Source: Squalus acanthias
Taxonomy: Eukaryota
Length of the DNA stretch: 64,000 nt
Direction: 5' to 3'
NCBI GenBank assembly: GCA_030390025.1
Contig: CM059425.1
Coordinates: forward strand, 176,206,001-176,270,000
The position numbers and the translations under genes were made by a program. Of this stretch, positions 1 through 13,536 are shown piece by piece (the first letter of the stretch is position 1; every line of letters starts with the position of its first letter). The notes under the pieces were generated by a model that saw nothing but the letters and a program-made list of their open reading frames with translations, did not search any database and was not told the DNA's origin.

Positions 1-681
1 AGGTGGGACAGGATTCAATTAAAATAATGAGTATTGTTTGGATCTTTTTATAGTGTAATAATACTTAATTAGTAGCTCTCTCTGAATTGGAAAGATACAT
101 TTTTAATTTCCTTTCTTCTGATTTATCTTCATTATAATTTTGAAAGTGGACCTTTAGGCTGTCTTGCATCAATCTAATAATCATTTTGAAGCCATCAGAG
201 ACAGGGGCAGACCTGGTAGGTCATGTAAGATTAATCAGGGACCTGGTTTCAGCTTGAGTTTCATATTAATGTTAATGCAAGAGAAGTGATTTTGTTGTTT
301 TCTACATCCCAAAGAAGTTAAGTCTATATTTATAGCAAATCTTTTGTTGTTTTAGTTATCATTCATTTGCTGCTCACTAGATTTGTCCTTTAACTTATAG
401 TCCAAGCCACAGTCTGATAGAGTTTTTATTCTTCCATCTTCTGAAGTCAAGAAAACCACTTGGTAGCATGTGATCTTTCCAGTAAGCTGAAATACAGTGA
501 TGAGGGTTTTCTGTTTGATCGTTAGTTTTGCGAATATTCTTTAGTTATTAGACAAGTAAACATAGGGTATACAGGACTGGTCCGTGATACTGAAATTGAG
601 AAAAATATCTAGCGTAAAGACCAAAAATCAGAAACTTTATTGGGTAGCTATTCTGAGGCCTTGGCCCTTGGCCATTTCAAT

Positions 682-1220
682 GGGCAGAAAATTGCAGACT
701 GTGCACTTGACTTGAGCTTATGATTTTCCAATCCATGTTCACAATGGGTCAGTCATTTCACCACGGGCAAGGAGTTGGAAAATCTACTCTAGTAATCCCA
801 TATTTGAAGTTCATTTTCCTCACGTTTCATTTGTGCAATCACCACCTCTTCAGTTGTGATTTGCCTCTAACAAGGCAAATGTCAGTGGGACACGGACTAC
901 TTTTGCATCGGTGGGTCCAGTCCAGGGAAGCAGCCTAGACCTGAAGAAAGCAGGAATTTTTTGAAAGAAATTTTTCAAGATCGGCCCCTTAAAGTTGATG
1001 AAGACATGGCCGGGGTCAGGAGAGGGGCCTTGGCAATTGACCACATGGAGCAGGTGGCCACCTGAGATGCACCTGTAGTGGCTTTTATGGCCCCCTGCCC
1101 CGTGCAAATTAGTTGCCCTCCCACTGACACCACAAACTCCAGCAGGGTCAGTGCTGCAGGGCACCAGTCGGTGTGATCCCATGTAACTGTCTGGACCACA
1201 TCCAGAGGAATTTTCATCCC
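682..1220. mobile_element. Old Harbinger-like MITE
   Basis: Ends gggcagaaaatt / aattttcatccc resemble the ~12-bp TIRs of other Harbingers here; GC-rich interior; TSD not preserved. Confidence 0.4.
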
Positions 1221-1448
1221 AGAAATATGTGACAAAGGATCAGTTTGTTCAACCTTTGCTATCTCTTGAGAAAGTGTTGTGAGTAAAGAAATATAAAAAT
1301 AAGCAAAAACGTCATGAATGAGAAACCTGGGCTGACAACAGGTGTAAAATTATGTATCACTTGTTCCCAATTTTAACCACTGAAGCTGAAGTTACATTTA
1401 TTATGATAATTATTCTTTTAAAGGGCCTCTCTTCTCATGGAAAGGTGC

Positions 1449-2450
1449 TTTTTCTTCATTCACAGGGTGTGGGCCTCGTTGGCAAGGCCAGCATTTATTG
1501 CCCATCCCTAATTGCCCTTGAGAAGGTGGTGGTGAGCAGCCTTCTTGAACCGCTGCAGTCCGTGTGGTGAAGGTACTCCCACAGTGCTGTTAGGTAGGGA
1601 GTTCCAGGATTTTGACCCAGCAACGATGAAGGAATGGCGATATATTTCCAAGTCAGGATGGTGTATGACTTGGAGGGGAACTTGGAGGTGGTGGGGTTCC
1701 CATGCACTTGCTGCCCTTGTCCTTCTAGGTGGTAGAGGTCACAGGTTTGGGAGGAGCTGTCGAAGAAGCCTTGGCGAGTTGCTGCAGTGCATCTTGTAGA
1801 TGGTACACACTGCAGACACGGTGTACCGGTGGTGGAGGGAGTGAATGTTTAAGGTGGTGGATGGGGTGCCAATCAAGCTGGCTGCTTTGTCCTGGATGGT
1901 GTTGAGCTTCTTGAGTGTTGTTGGAGCTGCACTCATCCAAGCAAGTGGAGAGTATTCCATCACACTCCTTACTTGTGCCTTGTAGATGGTGGAAAGGCTT
2001 TGGAGATTCAGGAGGTGAGACACTCACCGCAGAATACCTAGCCTCTGACCTGTTCTTATAGCCACAGTATTTATGTGGCTGGTCCAGTTAAGTTTCTAGT
2101 CAATGGTGAACCCCCCAGGATGTTGATGGCGAGAGATTCAACGATGGTAATGTCATTGAATGTCAAAGGGAGGTGGTTCGACTTTCTCTTGTTGGAGATA
2201 GTCATTGCCTAGCACTTCTGTGGCACAAATGTTACTAGCCATTTATCAGCCCAAGCCTGAATGTTGCCCAGGTCTTGTTGTATGCGGGCATGGACTGCTT
2301 CATTATCTGATGAGTTGTGAATGGCGCTGAACACTGTGCAGTCATCAGCGAACATCCCCATTTCTGACCTTATGTTGGAGGGAAGGTCATTGATGAAGCA
2401 GCTGAAGATGGTTGGGCCTAGGACACTGCCCTGAGGAACTCCCGCAGTGA
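1449..2450 (-). mobile_element. 5'-truncated CR1-group LINE (family B, poly(A)-tailed, possibly Zenon-like)
   Basis: RT remnants (GVPQGSVLGP, IYKAQVRSVMEYSPLAW); same 3' UTR as copies at 17807, 46516 and 53738. Confidence 0.9.
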
Positions 2451-4477
2451 AAAAGCATTTTCATTTGTTTACAGAACTCAAGAAGGTAAATCACATTGCA
2501 GTAGATCATCCTTTTGCTTACTTGTAAAATCATTATAATAAAAAATGAATCACATCTCTGACTTCCTCAACCTTTATTGTGATGATAATGGCCCCTCAAT
2601 AATAACGATAATGCTTTGCTATATTTTAAAATCATTTTTAATTTCTTGTGAGATCTATTTCCTCTCACAGATGGTAGAGTGGAATATGTGGGCCAGTAAT
2701 GAGATTAGTGCTGAATCAGTTTAAGAAATTAACTCTGTTCACTGATCAGTCCCAAGGAAGGATCATATGAAGAATGAAAATACACCGTCAAGTGAGCTAA
2801 GATGAACATCATGTTGATGTGTTTCTTGAAACGTCTTTGCTGCAGAGTGTTGGATTCTACATTACGTGGCCTACTTTACTGCTGACCATGGTCCCAATGA
2901 TAACATTTAAAAGCTAATACTCAGCCCTGTCGCTGGAGCCTCCGGTTATTCAGACACTTTATACTCCAGAAGTCTCATTTATTCTTCATCATATTACATG
3001 ACATCACAGTAAATATTTCCTTAAGGGCTGTTTCTTTAAGCGGAGGTAGGAGGCAGTGTTATCTGCTGTGCTGGCTTGTGATATGACAAAGAGTGATTTC
3101 GATTTCTGAAGGGCCAGTGTTCATATCACAGAGATGAGCATTTAATTGTCACTTTGAGGCCAAGATGGGCAGAAAAGTAGGTTATATTTTGGTAACTTTT
3201 CATTTGAAATTTTATTTAGCTAGCCAGTAAAGTGAATGCTTAAAATTTAAAAATTGAGTCCAAGCTTTGTAATTATGTTTTTATTCAAGACAATATGAAA
3301 TATATATCATTATATATAAAACTATATTTTAGGTTTTTTAGCTATCAACACAGGAAGACACATTGCAACATCCGTTTTTGCACATTAACTAATTAGGCCC
3401 TATCTGCACGCGGAATGGAAATGTGCAGAATGGACCAAAGAGTTCTTAACATAAAAGAACAGGGCATTTTAAAATTTAAAAAATTAGGAAATTGGAAGTA
3501 AAACAGGGAGGTGAGGCAGAATTTCTTTTTATACAAACCACATTAGACAAACAGATTAAGGTACGATGGAAGGTAGATCCATTTTATTGTTTTGTCTTTA
3601 TTAATTTTAGTGCTCATTTCTAGTAACCAAATCTTGTTTATAATAAGCTATAACCACACTTGGTTGCTGTATAAGCTGAAGACTTCCTCACTTCCACATG
3701 TGCCCAATAACTCTGTATCAGATAAAAGAAGACAACAGAAACATTTCAGTGAAGAAATATTTTGTAAAATATTGCAGTACACCAGTGTTTTTGACCTCTG
3801 TCAGATTGCTGGAGGACATCAATCATGAAAAAAATCAGTCTGGGTTGCAATATAAACAAAAAGGCTCCATAGTAAGCTCTCAATCCTGAACTCAATCTAG
3901 CATTGAGTACAGAATTAAGTTCTATATTGAGAGATTACAGGCTCCAAATTTGACCTCTTGCATATGAGCTTGTAGAGTATCTGGTTGACAAGCTGTAAAT
4001 ATAATAAATCACAGTACTACATAAATGCACTATTCGCTATATCATTCAATGAAATGAAACCAGATTTTACTGGAATTCAGGTCACAATGCAATTCAGTTC
4101 AAGTTACATATCTTAATTGTGAGTTTTCCAGCTATTACTATCTATTCTGACACCTGTCACTAGAAAAACAAAGATTCAAACAGCCTTCCCCCCACAAATG
4201 AGCCCCTTTATAAAGGATAATACATACGACAATATTTTAAGGGACCTTTACATTTGTAACATATGGCACAGAAAATAGTTGAGGGAACTGAATGATTTTA
4301 ACTTCAATTGGCAACGGTATCAATTTTCTGATTGTACATTTTATAATAAAAATTATAAATCAGAGTCAAATTAGAAGATCCAAAAGAAGAATAACATCTG
4401 ATCTGAAATCGTATAGATATTCATTCCACACATCTATCCATTGCCTGAATGGATATGTCTGAGGTGTACACGATATT

Positions 4478-5710
4478 GGGCCTCATTTTCATTGAGCTGG
4501 TGAGCTGCGGACACCTAATGGTCATTCCTAGTGTAAGTTTAGGATCACAGGTCACACACAGATTACCCAAAGGGTCTTAAGAGTTGCAAGGCTTTTTATT
4601 AAAGAGCTACATATTTAAAGCATAATCAGATATTACATATGGTTTAAGCTAAGTATAATAGACATACAAGTCGTGACAGCAGAGAGCGACTCCCAAATCG
4701 GAATGCCACAACCGGACGGACGGTTGGTTAGATGCCCGATGAGACAGTGTGGAGGTCTCGGATCAGCGGGTCTCTGCAGTCACTTCTGTTGATTTGTCCC
4801 TCAAGCTGTTGGAGGTGTTAGGCATAAGCCAGCATTGATTTCCACCTTGAAGAAGCCTTCGCCCCTCACTGTCTGATTCCCTCTCTCAGCCCTCTATATT
4901 TATAGTTATTTTGGTGGGCTGTGATCTATCTATTGTCAATCATCTATAATCCAAGTGTGGTGCGGGAAGACATTTCTCACTGCCCCTTTCTGCATGGCTG
5001 ACGAGGCCTTTCTCTTATCTTTCTGAGGAATGTTTTGTTGTTTCTTTAAGGACAATTTATGACTTCGTGGCTCCTTATTGTCTAGCTACGGTATTATCAT
5101 CCTGTGTTTTCTTGCATTTTACGATCCTCTTATCATTTCCATTTGTCTTTTGGTGTTTGTTATTTGACCTTGCTGACACTTCAACCATTTGTTCCTGACT
5201 GCATTTTAATCTCTGTTCTAAGAGTCAAACTTCATCTATGAATCTAATAGTTATTTCATACACTAGGCAGTTCACCAGCAAAGAGGACTCAAAGCTCGAG
5301 CTGCTAAGTTGTTAAAAAGGACTGGGAAAACATGAGACCGGGAAGGGGGGTGACTGGGAAGGTCGGCGTTCAGGTTGGGAGGGTAGTAGTGATCAGGAAG
5401 AACGGGTAGCGGTAGAGGGTAGAGTGGCGGCAAAGAGGGGGGGTGTCGAGCTTGTGATGAGGGGGCTGTGGCTGGCCAATATTGCAGAGGAGGCTTCAAA
5501 CAGGCATTAGGCCCCTTATTTGAAAATGCAAAGGACCTAATGTCTGTTTCAGGTGTGGGCCCTGGATGCCGATTTTCTTGCCTACACCAATATGGCGGGC
5601 GGCGCACTTCTGCCTGGTAATGATCGTGTGCTTCCATCCGGCTATATTGGAGGCTTAGGAGGCCATTTGGCACCAAAAAAACGAATGCTGTGTGGTCGAA
5701 TTTCTAGGCC
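4478..5710. mobile_element. Harbinger-like MITE interrupted by a solo LTR
   Basis: Right end aatttctaggcc is the reverse complement of ggcctagaaatt, the terminus at 23811; interior resembles the 23811 MITE; left end degenerate. Confidence 0.5.
4532..5262 (-). mobile_element. Solo LTR (ERV1-like or Gypsy)
   Basis: TGTA...TACA termini; exact 4-bp TSD CTAG (4528-4531 / 5263-5266); minus-strand TATAAATA at ~4897-4904 upstream of AATAAA at ~4595-4600. Confidence 0.8.
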
Positions 5711-8700
5711 TTTGCCTTTTTTTGGATTTATGAGATGTTCAATAGATTGTCAAAATGAGGTGATTTTAGTAAATGCTTCTACTAAAATTGAGGAACAATC
5801 TGTCACAGTTTCAATGATTCTTCCTCTTTTCCTTAGCATTATCAAGCTACTTTTATCGCTAATAAGTTATGTTTGACAGGATAGTGACATTTTAATACTG
5901 GTGGATCCAACTAACTTCAGCCAGGTTATAATTCCTGAATCATCACAAGGCAGACCTAACAGATGGTATGGGGTTGGAATTCAGTGGGATGAAAGTCAAT
6001 TTTTATAATCCTGGAGAATGTTCCATTGAAAACATGTCACCATGATACATGAAGGGCCATATTCCTGAGAAACGGCAAAAATATATTTGAACACTGCTTT
6101 GTGTACTACAAACCCAATGTGCATTGCATTATAATAGTGCATTATTCTGAATATGCACTTACTGATTAGACACATGTTCAATATTTACAGGGAAGAAATA
6201 ATTGTGCTATCACAACACATACCAGGCAGAATACCCTCCATGCAAATATTATGTTGCCTTTAGGACTCCCTGGAGAAAAGAATGCCAAATTGAACATTTC
6301 TGACGCATTTACAGTTTCACTGAGGAATGTGAGCAGTCACCTTGTTGAATGGTCTAACTTGCCTGCAAACTCGGTTGGAAGGACTTGCTTCGAAGAAGGA
6401 AAATATGACACTGAAGGTATTGTGAGATTGATAAAATAGTCTTCATAATATTCTACATAAAAAAAGTAATAAAACATTTAATTATAGTGGGTGTGAATAC
6501 AATTTGAGGTAAATTGTTGAATTTAGTAGATAATATGTACAAAACCAATAAATATATGTCAGTGTAGTGTATGTCATAAATTGCTTCAATGCAAAAATTC
6601 TGCACTAAAGATAATCAGCAGTAATCAAACTATCACTACATAGGATACTTACAAGATCAGGGAGTATTTAAAAAGAACATTCCCTCAGGAGATTAAATGG
6701 ATGTAGTAAAGTCCATGTTACGATAGATTATTCATGGTCTGTGGAATAGCATTTCATGGGTTCTGTTTTCTATTTTTCAGATTTATGGAAAATTGTCTGC
6801 TGAGCTATAGGGAATCCTTCATGTCAAAGGATGCTCCACAAAGTGATACTGTGGAGGGGGTTGGTCACCTCAGCTACAACTGAAGCAGATAATGGCCTTC
6901 AAATGCCTTCATGATGCATCCTAGAACAAAGTGGAGGGAATTTGCAGATTGTGTACCAGGGCAGTGAGGACTGATTGGATAGAGCATCTGTTCTGCCAAC
7001 TTTGCTCAGTCCAACTGCATATTGTTGTGTAGGTGAAGCTTATTAGTGTGTATCTGGGTGTTGACAGATCACAAAAAGGTGTATACCCTTTTCCTGCAAT
7101 GGTCTGGGATGTTCTGAGGTGTTGAAAAGGCTTTTGAAGTACTGACATCTACTCATTACAGCTGATGTGTTCCCTCATCTGCTGGTGGAGAATGTCCCAA
7201 ACATTTGAGACAACAATTAGATGGACTCTTTTGCAGATCAGGTGACAGCCGATATTATTATCTAGCTGTAGATGATGATGCCTCCTGGCCAATGGACACC
7301 TCGCTAGTCCTGAGGAAGCGTGCTGGGAAATGTCAGCTTCATCATAATAGTAATAGATTATTGGAATGCAACTTCAATTTCCTCTCTGCTGAGTTCTTAG
7401 TCTCAGCCGCATTGCTATGAGGAGGGGCCAAATGTAGGGTGAGAGTGTCTCCACTAGGAGAGACAGTCATCCCCAGGGTGCAGGTGCACAGTTTCATTGA
7501 TTGGCCTGCCCTCTCAGCTTTAGCTGGTGTGTATTGGTAGTAGGTGGGAGGGAGAGCAGGGGAATGGAGTGAACTGTAAAGAAGATATAAATTTTTAAAA
7601 TAGAATAACTTCAAGGAAAACAAAATAGAAAAATAAATCACATTTCTTCACCTTCATATAAGCAAAGTGCGACCTGCCATGTTCCAATGACACAGTTGGA
7701 TGCTGGCCATTGCAGAGTGTCGAGTGCCTTCACAGGATGTCGAATCAAACTGGGGGAATCCCGCACGGGGGCCACACATTGTGTAAAACCTAAACTAGAC
7801 ATTTTAAAGTTTACTGCAATATACATTTATGGTGTATTTATGGTTTAAAAAAGGTAAGTCCCAAGAATTTTAGGAATTTTCATTGATTTTGGACTTGTTA
7901 AATTGTGACACAGATGTTAAGGATTTGGATTTAATCAGTTATATTGATGCACCAACACCATATAGCCTACAGTGGGCTAACTGCCATGACCACCTATAGA
8001 CAATCTGAAATCTTCTTTGGTTTACCTTACTATCGAAGATCTGTCTGCCCACAACTGCAATTTATTGGCCTGATCTCCATTTTCGTTTACAGTTAATTTT
8101 TATTTTGGGATTGCACTGATGATATATTTTATTTGTCAAATTAGAGCTTATGTCCTGAGGCATGAATAAAAAATCACTTTTCTTGTGGCCTTTTATTCTC
8201 TGATTGATAGTAAAAACCTGATTATAAAATGTTCCCATATTAATTCTTAATTATTTTACAGTATTAAAATATTAAATATGAATAATATTTCAAATTAACA
8301 TCAAATTTACCAAAAGCATATCAAATAAAAGTAATTCAAAACAAAATCAGTTGCCTTTCCAATAGATTTGGGCCTGTGTAAGAATGGGAAAGGTTAAATG
8401 TGGATTATCTTTTAACTTAAAAATAACATAGTGGCCGGGATTTTGCCAGCGCTTAGAGGGTGGGTTTGGAGGCGGGTCCGGAGTTAAAATCAGAATGATT
8501 GATGGTGGGTTCCGAACTCGCCGCCATCCCGCCGCCACGCAACTTTACAAAGTGTCGGGTCTGCGAGTTCAGATCAGACCCAACACCAAGCGGCGGGAGA
8601 GCCACTTAAGGCAGTTAACAGCTTGTTAACTGTCTGGATAATCCTATTTTAAGAGTCTCTTCCCATTTTGCAACATTTTCAGCGTGTTGCACGTCGTTCA

Positions 8701-8972
8701 ACAAACACGCCAGCTGATTGTGCCGGGTTCAGCAACCAGCTGAATAGTTGACAGCTGCACCTGCAGCATAAAAGCTGTCCTGTAACATGAGTTCACTTTC
8801 AAATGCCAGAATTTTCTGTTTTGAGGTTTTGGAACACATTTTGCAGGTCTATTGAGCTTGTAAGTGTTTAAGCTGAGATCTATATGCACTGTGACCTCCT
8901 TGGAAAACCCTCTCCCCAAATTGACTGAGTGTTTATAACATCTATTCCTCAACTGACATATATACCAGCGGA

Positions 8973-11224
8973 ATTGGAACTATTTATACCCTCTCATCCT
9001 GGTCCTCAGAATCGGAGGAAGAGCAGCCACGGCAGCAGCAGAACCAGGCACAACAGCAGCAGCAACAACAGGAGCGCCAATCTCCTCCTCACCCACCTGA
9101 TGCTGCACAGGGCAGAGGGCCTCAGTGCAGGGCTGCACCTCGCCGCAGGAGATACCCCCAACACAGGGTTTACAGGCCGAGGATGAGCTTCCTCAACATG
9201 ACTGAGCAGCAGTGCCAAAAGAGGCTGAGACTTTCACAAGAGGTAGTCGCTGACATCTGCACAATGCTGCACCAAGACCTGGTGCCCAGAGGAGCGGGTG
9301 GACACTCCTTACTAGTGGCTGTCAAAGTCACCACCGCACTCAACCTCTTTGCTTCATGGTCCTTCCAGGGATCAGCAGCAGACATCAGCGGCATCTCCCA
9401 GTCGGCCGCACACACTTGCATCACGCAGGTCACCGATGCCCTCTTTGCAAAGGCGTACAATTACATCCACTTCTCCACGGATGAAGCAAGTGTTACCTCG
9501 CATGCGGTTGGCTTTGTAAATATGGCAGGCTTCCCAAGGGTGCAGGGCGTCGTAGACTGCACACATGTGGCCATTAGGGCACCCCATCACAACCCAGCTG
9601 TATTTGTAAACCGCAAGAGCTTCCACTCCCTTAACGTCCAGCTGGTGTGTAACCACAGGAAGAACATTATACATGTTTGCGCCAAGTTCCCTGGCAGTTG
9701 CCATGACTCGTTCATCCTGCAGCAGCCTACTGTGCCTCAGCTGTTCAATCCGCCAACCCAACTTTCTGGATGGCTACTTGGAAACAAGGTCGTCCCCTGA
9801 AGACATGGCTAATGACACCAATGAAGAGACCATCAAACGAAGCCGAGGAGCGCTACAATGTGAGCCACATTTCCGCCATCGGCTTGCTCAAAATGCACTT
9901 CAGATGCCTGGACAGATCTGGTGGAGCCCTACATAGAAACATAGAAACATAGAAGATAGGAGCAGGAGTAGGCCATTCAGCCCCTCGAGCCTGCTCTGCC
10001 ATTCAATGAGATCATGGCTGATCATCCAAATTCAGTACCCTGTCCCTGCCTTCTCCCCATATCCCTTGATCCTTTTAGCTTTAAGAAATATATCTAACTC
10101 CTTCTTGAATATATTTAATGAATTGGCCTCTACTGCCTTCTGTGGTAGAGAATTCCACAGGTTCACCACTCTCTGGGTGAAGAAATTCCTCCTCATCTCA
10201 GTCCTAAATGGCTTACCCCTTATCCTTAGACTGTGACCCCTGGTTCTGGACTCCCCGGCCATCGGGAACATTCTTCCTGCATCTAGTCTGTCTAGTCCTG
10301 TTAGAATTTTATAAGTTTCAATGAGATCCCCTCTCATTCTTCTAAACTCCAGCGAGTATAAGCCCAATTGACCCAATCTCTCCTCATACGTCATTCCTGC
10401 CATCCCAGGTATCAGCCTGGTGAATCTTCGCTACACTCCCTCCATGGCAAGAACATCCTTTCTCAGATAAGGTGACCAAAACTGCACACAATACTCAAGA
10501 TGTGGTCTCACCAAGGCCCTGTACAACTGCAGCAAGACATCCTTGTTCCTGTACTCGAACACTTTCGCTATGAAGGCCAACAGGCCATTTGCCTTCTTAA
10601 CCGCCTGCTGCACCTGCATGCTTACCTTCAGCGACTGGTGCACAAGGACACCCAGGTCTCGTTGCACTTCCCCTTCTCCTAATCTATTGCCATTCAGATA
10701 ATAATCTGCCTTCCTGTTTTTTGACACCAAAGTGGATAACCTTGCATTTATCCACATTATACTGCATCTGCCATGCTTCTGCCCAATCACCCAACCTGTC
10801 CAAATCATACTGGAGTTTCTCGGCATCCTCCTCACGGCACACACTCCCACCCAGCTTTGTGTCATCTACAAACTTGGAGATATTACATCCAATTCCCTCG
10901 TCTAGATCATTAATATATATTGTGAATAGCTGGGGTCCTTGGACCGATCCCTGCGGTACCCCACTAGTCACTGCCTGCCACTCGGAAAAAGACTAATTTA
11001 TTCCAACTCTTTGCTTTCTGTCTGCCAACCAGTTCTCTATCCAAGTCAATACCTTGCCCCCAATCCCATGTGCCTTAACTTTACACGCTAATCTACAGTA
11101 TGCACCAGCCAGGGTGTCCAGAATCATCGTGGTATGCTGTGCCCTGCACAACACCGCACTGCAGCGTGGCTTACCGCTGCCTGAGGAACATGTGGCTCAG
11201 CGCACAGCCTCCTCAGAAGAGGAG

Positions 11225-11259
<35 letters not shown>

Positions 11260-11377
11260 GGAGGCGGCGGCAGATGAGGGACACCTTGCGGAGGCCGATG
11301 TGCCAGTTCCACCAGCATGCGAACACATTGCTGGCCGTGAGGCAAGGGATGCACTAATCCATGCCAGATTTGCGTAA
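8973..11377 (+). pseudogene. HARBI1-like Harbinger DDE transposase, inactivated
   Basis: Motifs [61 protein letters not shown], poly-E, ARFA*. Lesions: presumed ATG now ATT at 8973, GD>GN, frameshift ~9790, deletion of the 'IE' segment ~9870, CR1 insertion. Confidence 0.92.
9934..11092 (-). mobile_element. 5'-truncated CR1 LINE inside the transposase
   Basis: RT motifs SGVPQGSV, RPHLEYCVQFWSP, RNFFTQRVVNLWNSLP; (TTTCTATG)n tail; flanking CTACA duplication (9929-9933 / 11093-11097). Confidence 0.95.
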
Positions 11378-11663
11378 GTTTACGCAGTAAACACATGTGG
11401 CTGGCAGATAGAAATGAGTGTCTGCCCGACCTTCTTAACACACCATACACCATCTGTACAATAAACTGTGGGTTCCTATCACTCTCACCACCATCATTAC
11501 AGATGAAAGGCGCCCTGACATCTCACTGTGACACTTCCATTTCTGAGCACACATAGGCCAACTCTTTGAATCTTTGACATCGCATTTCTTTAATATAATT
11601 AAAATAATGATGAGAAACATAACTGGGTATTAGATCCAAACACCCAAGTGACTACCCTTGTGA

Positions 11664-13536
11664 CTATTCGTGTGTTAACTTTCTCTTACGTGTGCTTCTA
11701 CTTGGTCTTCCCTGTGGCTTCAGCAGATGTAGAGGCACCTTGCTCACTTTGGTGCTACGCCTGCTTAGACGCCTTTGGCGGGCGTTTTCTGGGTTTGGGA
11801 GCCTGGGATGGCTCAGCAACAGTCTGCTCTTCCTGTGGCTGTGCAGGGGCTGAGACGGCCATCTCAGTTGGGTGAGGAATCTGGGGCTCTGACCGAGGGC
11901 TCCGCTGTGGCATGGTCGTGTGAGCGCTTGGAGAGGAGCCCGCACTTCCTTGTTGTCGACCACCAACATCCCTCTCATGGGTCACCCACACTTCACTGCT
12001 AGCAAGTGGCTGGAGAGCACCTTGCTGAGCATCAGTGGGGCCATGAGGACCCGTCTCTGTACCGACAGTCCTCATAACGGGGTCGTCCATGTACCTCTGG
12101 TTTCTCTCCTCAATAGATGCCCATCTATCCTCCATAGCATACCATCTATTTAGAAGAGTCACCATGTTCATTTGAGTCTGGCAATTTATGTCCTCCATGG
12201 AGGTTGCCATCCTTTCCATGGCAGCACCTACACTCGCCATTGAGTGCACCACGGCATTGCTCATGTTTGAGATGGACTTCTCCATTCTCTGCACACTTGC
12301 AGTTACCCTGGTTGCAAACCCTGTCAGAGACTCCTGCACTTGTCCCTGGAGTTCCAGCACCGCTCTCTTTGTGGATGGCCCCAGAGGCACAGGGTCCACA
12401 TGCAGCTGAGCAGAGCTAGGAGTGTCCTGCGGCCTCCGACGAGGACTCTCCTCTGCTGTCCCTGTCTCCACCATCTGCTAATGCTCACTTGTGAGCTGTG
12501 ATACACCAGGTGACAACACTAATCTATCTCGCGGCGCTGAGCTGGTGTCGGGTGCGCTCAATTCTGCTGACACTGCGCCCTCAGAGGCTGCAGGTTCCTC
12601 TGAGGAGTCGTAAGGCTCTTCCTCCTGGACAGTGGGGAGGGGGGCTCTCGATGGTCCTGTAGGGGAGTAAAGGCATGAGTTAGACATGTGATATTAACGT
12701 AGCAGGCACATCGAATTGTGCAGATGATCAGAACTCAATATGTACGAACATCAGATGCCATATCAGTCACTCATGCAATGTAACTGAGAGGGTTGCAAAT
12801 CTATTCTATCACCAGCTTGCTCTACTGTGCCAGTCTCTCTGTCCCCCACTTCCAGCTCCTCAGCACCTCTGACGATGTCGAGAGCAGCCTCCTCAGCGGT
12901 GGTAAAGTGTGCCAGGGATGGTGGCCCTCCTCCTGTCCTGCCCCTCTCCCTCTTATTATGGGCTCTCTTTTCCTGCAATGAGGGAGACAAGTGGAGTTTG
13001 AGTGAGAATGTTGGAGTGAGTGTGGAGAATCCATAGCATAGATGCTTAGAGGTAGACAAAGATGGAGTGAGTTGCCAATACCAAGGGCCCTCCCTGTGCG
13101 TTGTTAGTTGTTGTCATTGCATAACAGTGAGAGTGAGTGTGAGGGGTGCATAGTAGGATGGTGAAGTGATCCTGTACATAGAGAGAGGGATGGTTAAGGG
13201 TGCAAGGGATGTAAGGGTAAGTTGGGATGTGCAGAAGTAGGTTGACAATGCAGAGTGCTGGTGATGAGAAGAGATGGGGAGCAGATTGAAGGTAAGTGTA
13301 ATGTTATACTCACTTTTGCTGAGCCTTTTCCTGCACTGAACCCAGGAGTGTGAACACAAAGACCTGGCGCTCACATCCTCAGTAATTTGCAGCCAGGCTG
13401 CCTTGGTTTGCTGAGGAGGCTTCCTACATCCACTGGAGGGGAACAGAACCTCCTGGCACCCTCTCACTCCCTCCACAAGAGCATGGAGGGAGCCATTATC
13501 AAATGGGGGAGGCGCTTTGGCTCTTGAAGCAGTCAT
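11664..13536 (-). pseudogene. Harbinger Myb/SANT-like DNA-binding protein gene, 3 exons
   Basis: Exon 1 13536-13314 (F..LHALVEGV..EVLFP..W..I..V..SWVQCRKR), exon 2 12972-12813 (EKRAHNKRERGRTGGGPP), exon 3 12656-11664 ending RSTRKRKLTHE*; GT/AG introns; premature stops. Confidence 0.88.

Noticed and set aside
11100..11453. Poly-R and poly-P ORFs here, and similar poly-S ORFs at ~31.7, 32.5 and 52.1 kb
   Set aside because: Alternative-frame or antisense readings of the transposase (GAG)n tract.
8973..13536. Domesticated host HARBI1/NAIF1-type genes
   Set aside because: Enclosed by TIRs and a TSD, with catalytic lesions, stops and a LINE insertion; several related copies lie in the window.
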